Shown: piece after piece, positions 30,898 through 40,306 of the stretch | Position numbering within the stretch: the stretch's first letter is position 1 | How the letters are laid out: every line of letters starts with the position of its first letter | NCBI GenBank assembly: GCA_963766075.1 | Contig: CAVYAN010000040.1 | Span: 1 to 49,296 of the forward strand | From: an uncultured cyanobacterium | GTDB lineage: Bacteria; Cyanobacteriota; Cyanobacteriia; Leptolyngbyales; Leptolyngbyaceae | Reading direction: 5' to 3' | DNA length: 49,296 nucleotides | Position numbers and translations under genes: made by a program | Notes under the pieces: generated by a model | The model's database searches: none | Told to the model about the DNA's origin: nothing | The model's input: only the letters and a program-made list of their open reading frames with translations

Positions 30898-31319
30898 TTG
30901 CCGAAAAAGATTCTACCTTGGCAATTTTTCCCTCGACTGCCCTCAGGGCGATCGCTGTTTGCCCTGAGGGCAGCGTCCTTAAACTTACATCCCTCAATAC
31001 ACCGTCAAATTGTGTGGGATTGCTGAAGATAGATCAATTCGTCTTGATAGTACAACTACGTATAGTCTATGGTCTATTTATACGCAAGTTCCCTGTGAGA
31101 CAATTGATAACTGAGGGTAATTCTCCGTGCCGACTCGCTCCAGTCCAGAGGGTGCAACCATAGAGCGGTTTTGCATGCGTCGTTGAAGTATTTAAACTCG
31201 CGGAAGCCGGATAAGTTTGAGGGCGGCTTCCAAGGTGCCTACCGCAGTTTGCATCAATTTTGCATCAATATTTATGCATTTTGATTCTCTTCCCGGATAT
31301 GGGTGCTCTTGGATAAGCC

Positions 31320-31447
31320 TATTCTTGGGCAGATGTATTCTTAATCACGTGTATTCTTGGGCACGTATATTCTTGAGCACGTATATTCTTGAGCAAGGTG
31401 GCAGCGGCATGGCTTTTCAGACTTTAAGTAATTCAGACTTTAAGTAA
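31320..31447. repeat. 16-bp-period tandem array upstream of ORF 31464
   Basis: Five TATTCTTGRGCACGTR-like units (31320-31399), 16 unrelated bp, then two exact TTCAGACTTTAAGTAA units (31416-31447) in the same register. Confidence 0.8.
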
Positions 31448-31463
31448 TTAGGAGTCCTACATC

Positions 31464-32291
31464 GTGGTATTTTCACTGGTCGTCGATAAACTTACCCACG
31501 CACGTTGGGCAAGCACGGGTTTAGTAGTAGCCGCGATCGCGGCTTTGGGCACGGCCTCTCCTGGGTCTGCTTACATGCTCAATCTTGCGCCCGCGGCAGA
31601 GAATTCAGGCACAATGCCCGCAATGGGCAATACCGCCCCGGGAATGGGGGCTGAAAGTTCTTCGATGTCAGACTTTCAGGAGGAAGCATCGCACTCAGAG
31701 GAAGGCTTCTCCATGCAGACACTGCGCCGCGAAGAAGTCCGGGCCGCCGTTAACGTCATCACCTTTATCCATGATGCGATGGAGGAAATCGACATGCTGC
31801 GCATGCCCCTAGACCTTTCTGCAGAGGGCGAACTGCCCACATCAGCGGGGCACGGTGCCAGCGCTCCAGCAGCGCCAGCATCCGCTCAGATGCGTCCTGC
31901 AGATGCTCTACGGACTGATATGCGCATGCGCACTGCGCGGATATCCACTACATCGTCAAACGATGATTCGCGGATAGCCCAGCGAGAATCAGAAAAGCGC
32001 GAACACCGATTAGAAGCGAGGGATGCCAACCTAGGGCGACAACTCCAAATGGATGCCAACGCAGAAGGCAACTCTGGGGTAGGCACCCCCCCTGCCAAAG
32101 CCGGATTTGACCCTGAACACAATGAACTGGGATACGCCCGATACTATAACGATGTCATCTCTGATCCAGATGCAAATCCCGATGCAAAGTCCGATTCCGG
32201 CTCCCTACTGGTAAAACTCAGCCTGTGCCTGCTGGCCATGGGATTGCTGCAGCGCGGGCTCAGTGTATTGCTGACGAACAAGACACCCTAG
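31464..32291 (+). CDS. Hypothetical exported protein with a C-terminal membrane anchor
   Basis: RBS AGGAG before GTG; hydrophobic signal-like segment ending PGSA; C-terminal hydrophobic helix SLLVKLSLCLLAMGLL. Confidence 0.6.
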   Translation: MVFSLVVDKLTHARWASTGLVVAAIAALGTASPGSAYMLNLAPAAENSGTMPAMGNTAPGMGAESSSMSDFQEEASHSEEGFSMQTLRREEVRAAVNVITFIHDAMEEIDMLRMPLDLSAEGELPTSAGHGASAPAAPASAQMRPADALRTDMRMRTARISTTSSNDDSRIAQRESEKREHRLEARDANLGRQLQMDANAEGNSGVGTPPAKAGFDPEHNELGYARYYNDVISDPDANPDAKSDSGSLLVKLSLCLLAMGLLQRGLSVLLTNKTP

Positions 32292-32362
32292 AATCCAGTA
32301 GGCGTAAAAAGGCAAGGCGGCGCGAGACTAGAGTCCCCCCAGAAAAAAGGCCGCGCCGCTTG

Positions 32363-32467
32363 CTATGGTTGCCGAGTTTGACCCACCCCGCCCTGCGGGC
32401 ACCCCTCCCAGTCGGGGATATTTTCGAGCATTCCCCTCCTGGGAGGGGTTATGGGGGGCAACGGATG
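32363..32467. repeat. Family B dispersed repeat between convergent genes
   Basis: Reverse complement matches 10146-10250 and 10290-10328. Confidence 0.8.
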
Positions 32468-32492
32468 GCACAAGCTGAGTATTTACGATTAT

Positions 32493-33164
32493 TTAGATAT
32501 AAATCTGGCTGAGGATGATGCGGAGGCGATCGTAGTCATCCTTCAGCAACACGCTGAGGGTACGTCCTACCTGAACAAGCCAGGGGCGATCGGCCTGCCG
32601 CAGGCGATAAATATCGCGGATTGTGGCTGCTACAAGCGCATCAACCGGGGCACCACTAACTTGCAATAGCGTCCGTAAAAAATCAAGCTGCTGGCTAAAT
32701 TGAATAATTTCGGTAGCAGTGCAGGCAAAAACAGCCTGATGAATTTGGGGCGGACGCGGGGGAATATGCTGATAGATTTTGCTCCCCGTGGGGCTAGCTC
32801 CACGGCTAGACGAGGGCGGTTGAAAGCCCGCGATCGCCGCTCGAAACTCTGTTTTCAGCATGGCAAAAATCTGGGGCTGCTGCTCTCGTAAATCCTGCAA
32901 AGACAAGCCCAACGCCCGCGCCCGATGCACCGAATCAATCGGCAGCGTCGTGGCATGATAGACCACTGCATAAATCACATTGCCCGCTTCCTCGTCCCAC
33001 GACTTCACCCAACTGCCAAAGGCGGGCATCACCGGAAAGGTCAAATCCTCCGGTTCCAGGCATTGGGCCAAAAACTCCGTCGTCGCCGTTTCAATCACCT
33101 CGGCAACATGATTGGGATCGCGATTTTGGGCCGCAGACTGAAGCAGGGGCAAGCGCAAAGGCAT
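32493..33164 (-). CDS. HAS-barrel-domain protein (conserved hypothetical)
   Basis: VAEVIETATTEFLAQC, PAFGSWVK, PPRPPQIHQAV, LLKDDYDRL; follows ndhS with coupled stop/start. Confidence 0.72.
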   Translation of the reverse strand: MPLRLPLLQSAAQNRDPNHVAEVIETATTEFLAQCLEPEDLTFPVMPAFGSWVKSWDEEAGNVIYAVVYHATTLPIDSVHRARALGLSLQDLREQQPQIFAMLKTEFRAAIAGFQPPSSSRGASPTGSKIYQHIPPRPPQIHQAVFACTATEIIQFSQQLDFLRTLLQVSGAPVDALVAATIRDIYRLRQADRPWLVQVGRTLSVLLKDDYDRLRIILSQIYI

Positions 33165-33352
33165 TATTTTTTCTTCCCACCCACCTGCACCTCGGCTAAC
33201 TCCGACAGGCGAAACGTCACCAACTTATCCCAATTGCCTCCCTCAAACAGTACCGCCGCCTTACCATCCGTTACCCGCTGTACCAGCCCTTGAAACTGAT
33301 AGTAGGTATCTTCAGGATTGGTCACCTTCACAGCAGAACCAGGAAAAATCAT
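33164..33352 (-). CDS. ndhS: NDH-1 subunit NdhS
   Basis: [10 protein letters not shown]...[36 protein letters not shown]. Confidence 0.95.
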   Translation of the reverse strand: MIFPGSAVKVTNPEDTYYQFQGLVQRVTDGKAAVLFEGGNWDKLVTFRLSELAEVQVGGKKK

Positions 33353-33494
33353 AGGTCGCTCGCTCTTAACGTGTCACTTTCTATCAGCCTAAACCCACTA
33401 TAAGCCTAAACCAATTCAGGTAAGGCGCTACATACCAGCAATAGGAATTTCAGCATCGTCAAGCTGCGAAACCCCAATAGCACCTAAACCATCC

Positions 33495-34805
33495 CTACCC
33501 CCGGATCCGCCGCATCCGAAAATTCGCCACGGACTCCACAAGGCCAATCCCAATAAAATTGGTCAACATGGCCGATCGCCCATAGCTGATCCAGGGCAGT
33601 GGAATGCCCGTCACCGGACCCAAGCCAATCGTCATACTAATATTAACCACCACCTGAAAGACAATCATGCCAAATACACCCACCGCCAGGAGAGAGCCAA
33701 AGTTATCACGGGCATTTTGAGCAACCAAAATAATCCTCAGGCAAATAAACCAAAACGCCAGAATCACTAGGAGTGACCCCACAAAACCCAGCTCCTCGCC
33801 AATGGCCGAAAAGATAAAGTCCGTGTGCTGCTCTGGAATAAAATTCAATTGGGTTTGGGTGCCTTTGTTCAGCCCGCGTCCCAACAACTGGCCAGCGCCA
33901 ATAGCAATCCGCGATTGGATCAGGTGATAGCCACCCCCGAGAGGGTCCTGATCGGGGTTGAGGAACAGGGTAATGCGTTCGCGCTGATAGGGCTTCAGAA
34001 CTTGGCTCCAGACAATATGCCCCAGTTCGCCACTGATTAAATTCACGGCCAAGGCTCCCACGGCCCCGCGCCAGTGCCAGGGCAAGCTTCGCCAACCGAC
34101 CACCCCCATCAGCACAATCCAGCCGGATACTAAGGCCCACATTAGCGCTCCCAGGATCCAAGACGATTGCCAAAATGCGGGATCAAACGCCAAGTTAAAC
34201 AAAATGGCAGACACCAACGGGGAAATCAGCAAAACAATCCACCCCAAATTGGCATTGCCCCAGTACAGCATGGGGACAATAATTGCACCAAAGACCAGGG
34301 AGGTGCCCAAATCCGGTTGAATGAACACAAGCACCCAAGGCACCCCGGTAATCACCAGTCCCCGCAGCATGGCAGGCAGAGTCGATGCCGTCCGTTCATG
34401 CAGTAGAGCGGCCAATGTAATGATTGCGCCAATCTTGGCAAATTCTGACGGCTGGACATAAAATCCCAAGATATTGATCCAGCGCTGGGCCCCTAGGGCT
34501 GACGTGCCCAAGGGCGACATCACGACGATCAGCGATAGATTGGTGAGGCCGTAAATCCACCATTTCCATTGCAGGAGGAAGTCATAACGCCAGCGGGCGA
34601 TCGCCAGTGCTAGCCCTAGCCCGATCGCCGACATCAGCCAATGCTGCCACCAGTCCGTCCAGCCATGGTTCAGCTCGGTGCTGCGGATCATCACACCGCC
34701 CAGAATGCATAGTCCCAAAACCATGCCCAGCAATGACCAATCCATGTTTTGCCAGGGTTGTAGCCAGGATTTCCAGCGAATTTGACCAAAGGAACGTTGA
34801 AGCAT
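33495..34805 (-). CDS. rodA: Rod shape-determining SEDS protein RodA
   Basis: GAQRWI, QPSEFAK, QPDLGT, IPEQHTDFIFS, VTGIPLPWISYG; start set at MLQRSF. Confidence 0.95.
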   Translation of the reverse strand: MLQRSFGQIRWKSWLQPWQNMDWSLLGMVLGLCILGGVMIRSTELNHGWTDWWQHWLMSAIGLGLALAIARWRYDFLLQWKWWIYGLTNLSLIVVMSPLGTSALGAQRWINILGFYVQPSEFAKIGAIITLAALLHERTASTLPAMLRGLVITGVPWVLVFIQPDLGTSLVFGAIIVPMLYWGNANLGWIVLLISPLVSAILFNLAFDPAFWQSSWILGALMWALVSGWIVLMGVVGWRSLPWHWRGAVGALAVNLISGELGHIVWSQVLKPYQRERITLFLNPDQDPLGGGYHLIQSRIAIGAGQLLGRGLNKGTQTQLNFIPEQHTDFIFSAIGEELGFVGSLLVILAFWFICLRIILVAQNARDNFGSLLAVGVFGMIVFQVVVNISMTIGLGPVTGIPLPWISYGRSAMLTNFIGIGLVESVANFRMRRIRG

Positions 34806-34905
34806 GAAACCAAGCGTAAGAATTTTAGATTTTAGATTTTGGGCGCAATTCAACCTCTAAAATGCCCCGATCGCCCCAATCGAACCAAGTCGCTTGATGA
34901 GCCTC

Positions 34906-35975
34906 CTAGGCTAACGCCAGAACGGATACTCTGGCGGCAATTTTTTGGGCAATTGCGACCAGTGCCTGGGCAGAAGCCGATTCAGGAGCATCTAGAACAA
35001 TGGGAATGCCGCGATCGCCCCCTCACGCAAGGGAATCTCCAGAGGAATACACCCCAGCATCGGCACCTGCAATTCCTGAGCCGTTTTCTCCCCACCCGCC
35101 GAGCCAAAAATGTCGTACTGCCGATCCGGCAAATCCGGCGGGATAAAGTAGCTCATATTCTCAACAATGCCCAGAACCGGCACATGCAACTGCTGGAACA
35201 TCTTCAGTCCTCGGCGCGCATCTAATAAAGCCACGGTTTGAGGCGTTGTGACAATCACGGCCCCGGCCATCGGCACGGCCTGAGCCAAAGTCAACTGGGC
35301 ATCCCCCGTCCCAGGTGGCATATCCACAATTAAGTAATCTAAATCACCCCATGCCACCTGATACAGAAATTGGCGAATTACCCCATTGAGCATCGGGCCT
35401 CGCCACACCACGGGCTGGTCCTTGTCGATTAAAAATCCCATGGACACCAACTTTACCCCATGGTTAAACGCTGGCTCCAGCACTTCCCCCTGGGCACTAT
35501 TCTGGACCGTCACCTTAGCGTCGGCTAAACCCAACATTTGCGGCGCATTCGGGCCATAAATATCCGCGTCAATCAACCCGACCTTGGCCCCCATCTGGGC
35601 CAATGCGACCGCCACATTCACCGCAACGGTGCTTTTACCCACACCACCTTTGCCGCTGGAAATCGCCACAATATTCTTGACTCCGGCAATCCCCGTCCGA
35701 TCCGGCAAGGGCTTTTGCTGCGGTGTTTCCGCAGTCACCTCAACCGCAATATCCTTGACCCCCGGCAAGGTCTGAATGGCTTTCTCACACTCTTCGACAA
35801 TGAACTGCCGCAATGGACAGGCCGGTGTCGTGAGGACCAGCGTAAAACTAACATGGCCATCGGCAATGGCCACGTTGCGAATCATGTTCAATTCCACCAA
35901 GCTTTTGCGGAGTTCGGGGTCTTGTACCGGCTTGAGCACTTCGAGAATAGAGGCTGTATCGAGGACGTTGGGCAT
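34906..35975 (-). CDS. mrp: Mrp/NBP35 (ApbC) Fe-S cluster carrier ATPase (one G missing at ~35020)
   Basis: TTPACPL, SGKGGVGKST, DADIYGPN, VWRGPM, DMPPGTGD; adding one G to the run after GA restores LREGGDRGIPIV...VSVLALA*. Confidence 0.93.
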
Positions 35976-36230
35976 AGTGAGAGACGTGGGAGGATAATGC
36001 ACAGGCGCGGGCACTGGAAAACTCAAGTGCAAAAACCAAATGTATCACTGGGCGATCGTTGCCGTGGGTGATCGTTGGCAACGGTCGCTGCGAATGCGCC
36101 ATTTGGTCCTAGCAGAGTCCAATCGATTCTACCGTTCTCGCGACACCTCCAGAACAGGTTATCGATTTACATCTTTGCTGGCCATGGCAGCAATCTAGCA
36201 ATGGGTGCGTCTGGAGGGTAGTTTTTGTCG

Positions 36231-38780
36231 TCAAGCACTAGCCGGAGGAGAGGAACTGTTGCCCAGAGCCTTGGGATAGGCAATGCGCTGGTGGTTAAAC
36301 TGCTGCCAGGTTTGGACGAAGACTTTGGCGATAACATCCATTTCTGGACGGGTGAGACCGGAATGGATTAACTGCTGGTCCTGCCAGCGGGCGCGGAGAA
36401 TTTTGTTAATCATGCTGAGAGCTTCTTCGGGGGTCGCCGATTTCAGCGATCGCAACGCGGCTTCGCAGGCGTCTGCCACCATGACAATTCCGGTTTCCCG
36501 CGATTGGGGATCGGGGCCAGCATAGCGAAAATCCTCTTCGCGGACGATAGGGGCAGACTGGGTTGGATCAGTATGGGCCCGCGATCGCTGCTGCGCTTGA
36601 TGATAGAAATAGGCCACCAGCATCGTCCCTTGATGTTCCGGAATAAAGGCTTGGACAGCCTTGGGCAAGCGGGCCCGGCGGGCCATCACGATCCCTTCTG
36701 TCACATGCTTTTTGATAATATCGGCACTTTTCCAGGGATCATTGATCCGGTCATGTTTATTGGGTCCACCCATTTGATTTTCGATAAAGCCCTGGGGATC
36801 ATGCATTTTGCCAATGTCGTGATAGAGCGTGCCCGTGCGGACAAGCTCCACATTGCAGCCTAGGGCCCGAGCCGCCGCCTCTGCCAAAGTCGCCACCAGC
36901 AGGGTGTGCTGAAATGTCCCCGGAGCCTCAGCCGCTAAACGTTTCAGAAGAGGACGATTGGGATTGGCCAATTCCACCAGCCGCACCGTTGTCACCAAAT
37001 CAAACACCTGCTCTAAATAAGGACTGCTGCCGATCGCCACCACACTCCAGGCCAATCCCAACAGCCCATGAATGGCAGCATCACCCAGTAGACGGTACCA
37101 AATTCCTCCTGTGGTCAGACTCACCGCCAGGTACAATCCTCCCTGTAAAATCCCTGCCCCTGTACCCAATAGGGCCAATTCTTCCCGCGTGCGGAGTCGT
37201 CCGGCCATGATCCCACAGAGAATGCCCGCTGCCGCACTGGGCAGAAGATCGGCGAGAGGCAGCTCCATGCCCAAGGCCAGCAAAGCCGCCAGTAGGACCG
37301 TCACCGTCGCACCCAGGGGTGACCCATAGAAACTCCCAACTAGGATACCGATCGCGGGCAAGTTGGTGGAAGGAACCCGTAGAGCAATCAGCAGGGGGGT
37401 GGTGAGGATCAGCAGCAAAATCAGCAAGCGATCGCGGCGACGCAGCTTGGGTTGAAAGCGTCGTTCAATCCCCCAATACAGGGCGATCGCGCCACTCACA
37501 ACAGCACTAAATCCGGCCAATCCCCACCAGTCCAACGCCCGTTGACTCAATCGAAAATGATCCAGGAGCTTAAACGCCTCTGGGGAAATCTGCTGCCCTG
37601 CGGCGACAATCACCTCGCCCTGGCGCAGGGTGATCTGAACGGGCTGCACATCTTGGGCCGCGCGTTCTTGTTGCAGGCGGGTTTGCTCGTCATCTTTAGC
37701 CAAATTGGGCTGGAGGGCCGCAAACAGGGCTTGACTAGCCCAGGGCTGGGTGGCGGGCGGAACATCATCCTGGATTTGGAGCTTGATGGCCTCCCGCAAT
37801 AGGGAAGCAGGCAGTCCCGGCGAGATCCCTTGGGTCAGGATGCGCTGCCCGATTGGGGGCAGACGGCGTTTGGTTTGTTGCCAATCGGTTTCGGAAACAT
37901 CCAGAAAGGCGGCATCGGCTAGCTCGTTGGATGGGGCATCCGGGGATCCTAACGGCGGCGAGAAAAAACCGGAACGCTGACCGGGCAGGGCTTGCACGGC
38001 GGTGGCATAGCGCGATCGCATCTCCACAATCACTTGCCACAACGTGGCAAATTCCTTGGGGGGGCTGGTTTGGTGATAGTGTTCGAGTTCGGCGATCACC
38101 TCAGCAGGCACCGTTTTGAGTTCAGTCTGGGATTCGGTTGGGGCATCGGATGGAGGGACATCTACTTTTGGCGCATCTGCCTGGGGTACATCTGCCTGGG
38201 ATGCATCTACTTTGGGTGCGGGTTTGGCCGATTGCCCTGATTTGGCTAGGGGCGATCGCCCCTCTGTCCTGCTGGGGCGATCGCTTTTCGGCAGAACCTT
38301 TGATAAGGTTTGCTCTAAGCCTTGCCATTCGGCGACTGATGCCCGCCGCAAATAGGCTTGGCTCGCAAGGGACAGGCGATCGGTAGGCGCAAAAGGAAAG
38401 GCCCCGGCCATCCGCCGGAAATCATCGCCTCGGTTGATTTGCTGCTGGAGAATGTCGCGACTCTCAGTAGTGCGGGATTGATCGAGCCGAAGCACTTCTG
38501 GAAACTGGCTGAGAACCGTTTTGCGCTTGGCCTCTGTCGCAGCGTGATCCACCAGGGCAACATCGGCGGGAGCTGTGATGCGTTGGGTAGAAACTTTGCC
38601 GATGGCAAGTTGGGGCATGTTGTAAAATCGATGCCCCAGGGCACTGGTTAAGCAAATCAGAGTCAGCCCTAGCAAAATCGGGAAGCGAAACTTGGCCCAC
38701 AGCTTTCCCCACCGAGTTCTCCAGTCGGGAAAAGGCCGGGGATGAGAGGATAATGGGTTAGCCAAGCGCTGAAGTTTCAT
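36231..38780 (-). CDS. 7TM-HD family phosphohydrolase (PgpH-like, putative c-di-AMP phosphodiesterase)
   Basis: N-terminal TM, large extracytoplasmic domain, about seven TM helices, EAPGTFQHT, YHDIGK, PEHQGT, MVADACEAA. Confidence 0.9.
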   Translation of the reverse strand: MKLQRLANPLSSHPRPFPDWRTRWGKLWAKFRFPILLGLTLICLTSALGHRFYNMPQLAIGKVSTQRITAPADVALVDHAATEAKRKTVLSQFPEVLRLDQSRTTESRDILQQQINRGDDFRRMAGAFPFAPTDRLSLASQAYLRRASVAEWQGLEQTLSKVLPKSDRPSRTEGRSPLAKSGQSAKPAPKVDASQADVPQADAPKVDVPPSDAPTESQTELKTVPAEVIAELEHYHQTSPPKEFATLWQVIVEMRSRYATAVQALPGQRSGFFSPPLGSPDAPSNELADAAFLDVSETDWQQTKRRLPPIGQRILTQGISPGLPASLLREAIKLQIQDDVPPATQPWASQALFAALQPNLAKDDEQTRLQQERAAQDVQPVQITLRQGEVIVAAGQQISPEAFKLLDHFRLSQRALDWWGLAGFSAVVSGAIALYWGIERRFQPKLRRRDRLLILLLILTTPLLIALRVPSTNLPAIGILVGSFYGSPLGATVTVLLAALLALGMELPLADLLPSAAAGILCGIMAGRLRTREELALLGTGAGILQGGLYLAVSLTTGGIWYRLLGDAAIHGLLGLAWSVVAIGSSPYLEQVFDLVTTVRLVELANPNRPLLKRLAAEAPGTFQHTLLVATLAEAAARALGCNVELVRTGTLYHDIGKMHDPQGFIENQMGGPNKHDRINDPWKSADIIKKHVTEGIVMARRARLPKAVQAFIPEHQGTMLVAYFYHQAQQRSRAHTDPTQSAPIVREEDFRYAGPDPQSRETGIVMVADACEAALRSLKSATPEEALSMINKILRARWQDQQLIHSGLTRPEMDVIAKVFVQTWQQFNHQRIAYPKALGNSSSPPASA

Positions 38781-39266
38781 GGGCGATCGCTGAGGGTTCC
38801 CTAGAACAGTTTAGAGTCACAATTTTTCATTCAATCCGCCCTGCCGCAGCCCGTTGACCTTAGCAGCACAATCTAAATCTGGCACTCTGAGTTTGGCATT
38901 CTGGGTCTGGCACTTCAAATCTCAGTCTGGGACTCTAGGTGCGGCCATTCAAGTCAAGTCTAGGTCTAGCACTTCATTATAGGAAGCAGGACACCCTCTG
39001 CTGATTTTGATCATTCAGTCAAACATCGACCTCAATCATTTCCTAGCTTTTGTTCTACTTTTGTCTTCTGTTTTTTGATGTTTGCCGTGTTGCACTTGAT
39101 TTTCTGTCTTTGTTTACAGCTACCGGTTACATTCGCCGGGTTACGCAACGGGAGAAGCGCGATGGATAATGTCGGCCTCGATATCTGTTGAGATGGGCAT
39201 GTTGCGATAGGCACGGGAGCGCACAGGCAAGATGGGTGGGATCCCTGCTATGGTCACTGCGACGGA

Positions 39267-40199
39267 CTAAACCTGAGGGCGGGCAAAGGCGATCGCCTCT
39301 CCCCAGATGGTATTTGCCAAATGAGGTTGTGCTCCGGACCACGTGGCAAAAAGCTGCTGAGTCAGGGTAAACAAAGCTCCTGGGGAAATGCCCCAACTGA
39401 GTGGTTGGTCGCGGGGCAGTTGCCAAGCGAGGGGAATCCCCCAGTAGGAGTGAGCGGCCCCCGACAACGCGCCCGTCAGAGCACAGACACTCACCGCCTG
39501 GGGACACCGTGCAGCCCGCCGCAGCGCTAGACCAAGATCCGCAGGCGTAGTGAGAAAGCAGTACAGAGCCAGCCCCAGGGCTGCAAATTCGGGGGGATAG
39601 ACGGCCAGAGTGGCGATCGCCGCCGACAAACTGCCCCGATTTTGCAGCAGCATAGACACCTGTTGCAGCAGAGGAACCCGTGCAGACGAGGGTGATAGCA
39701 ACGGAGAAGTGCTAGACAACAGCGAGGGCAGCAGCGAGCCAAAAACCGCAGTTGGATGCAACAGATGGGCGATCGCCTCAGCAAAGATGCCCGTACAAGC
39801 AATGGTGTCGGCTGGGCAGCCATAGACCAATAGCGTTTGACTGAGCGCACGGTGAAGGCAATCGGGATTTTCGTGGCAAAACAAGATTAAAGGGAGCAGT
39901 GCGATCTCTGCCGCCCCGGGAACCGCCTCTCCACCCAGGGTCGCACCGGAGAAAAATGGGGCACTCGGCAACGATCTACCCAACGGCAACGCTCTTTCCC
40001 AGCGTCCGGACTGCGCTAAAACCTCAGCCCAGTGAATCGCAACCTGACCAGCGGCAGCCAAGGGATCCTCCAGCAGTGCGCCCGTTACCTGCTGGACAAC
40101 CGTTGCCGCCAATGCCGGAGCTAAAATGGCCCCTTGCCAGCGCCCCCCTAAGGGATACTGTATCGCTGGTGTCTCTTGACTGTTCCGGTTCAAATTCAT
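39267..40199 (-). CDS. Divergent ADP-ribosylglycohydrolase-like protein
   Basis: GRWQGAIL at the N-terminus, ALYCFL and ALTGALSGAAHSYWGIPLAW at the C-terminus; canonical metal-binding Asp motifs not seen. Confidence 0.7.
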   Translation of the reverse strand: MNLNRNSQETPAIQYPLGGRWQGAILAPALAATVVQQVTGALLEDPLAAAGQVAIHWAEVLAQSGRWERALPLGRSLPSAPFFSGATLGGEAVPGAAEIALLPLILFCHENPDCLHRALSQTLLVYGCPADTIACTGIFAEAIAHLLHPTAVFGSLLPSLLSSTSPLLSPSSARVPLLQQVSMLLQNRGSLSAAIATLAVYPPEFAALGLALYCFLTTPADLGLALRRAARCPQAVSVCALTGALSGAAHSYWGIPLAWQLPRDQPLSWGISPGALFTLTQQLFATWSGAQPHLANTIWGEAIAFARPQV

Positions 40200-40306
40200 C
40201 CTGCGAAAACACTCCGGCTAACTTGTATAGTGTATCTTCAATGACGAGTTCACAATCTGAATGTTAGTGTGAATCATCATTCCACTCTTTACCTAGGATT
40301 CCTTGC

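Noticed and set aside
31320..31447. CRISPR array (also considered for 29914-30039 and 47926-47979)
   Set aside because: Units are 16-18 bp, contiguous and without unique spacers; no cas genes.
34821..34840. TTTTAGA heptamer repeats (also ~45365-45384 and TTTTGGA at ~15753-15770)
   Set aside because: Ordinary cyanobacterial short tandem heptamer repeats; they also create spurious upstream extensions such as the longer rodA ORF call.
39030..39260. Possible ncRNA or riboswitch (e.g. c-di-AMP) upstream of the HD hydrolase
   Set aside because: No recognisable conserved motif or convincing stems by eye; an Infernal/Rfam scan would be needed.
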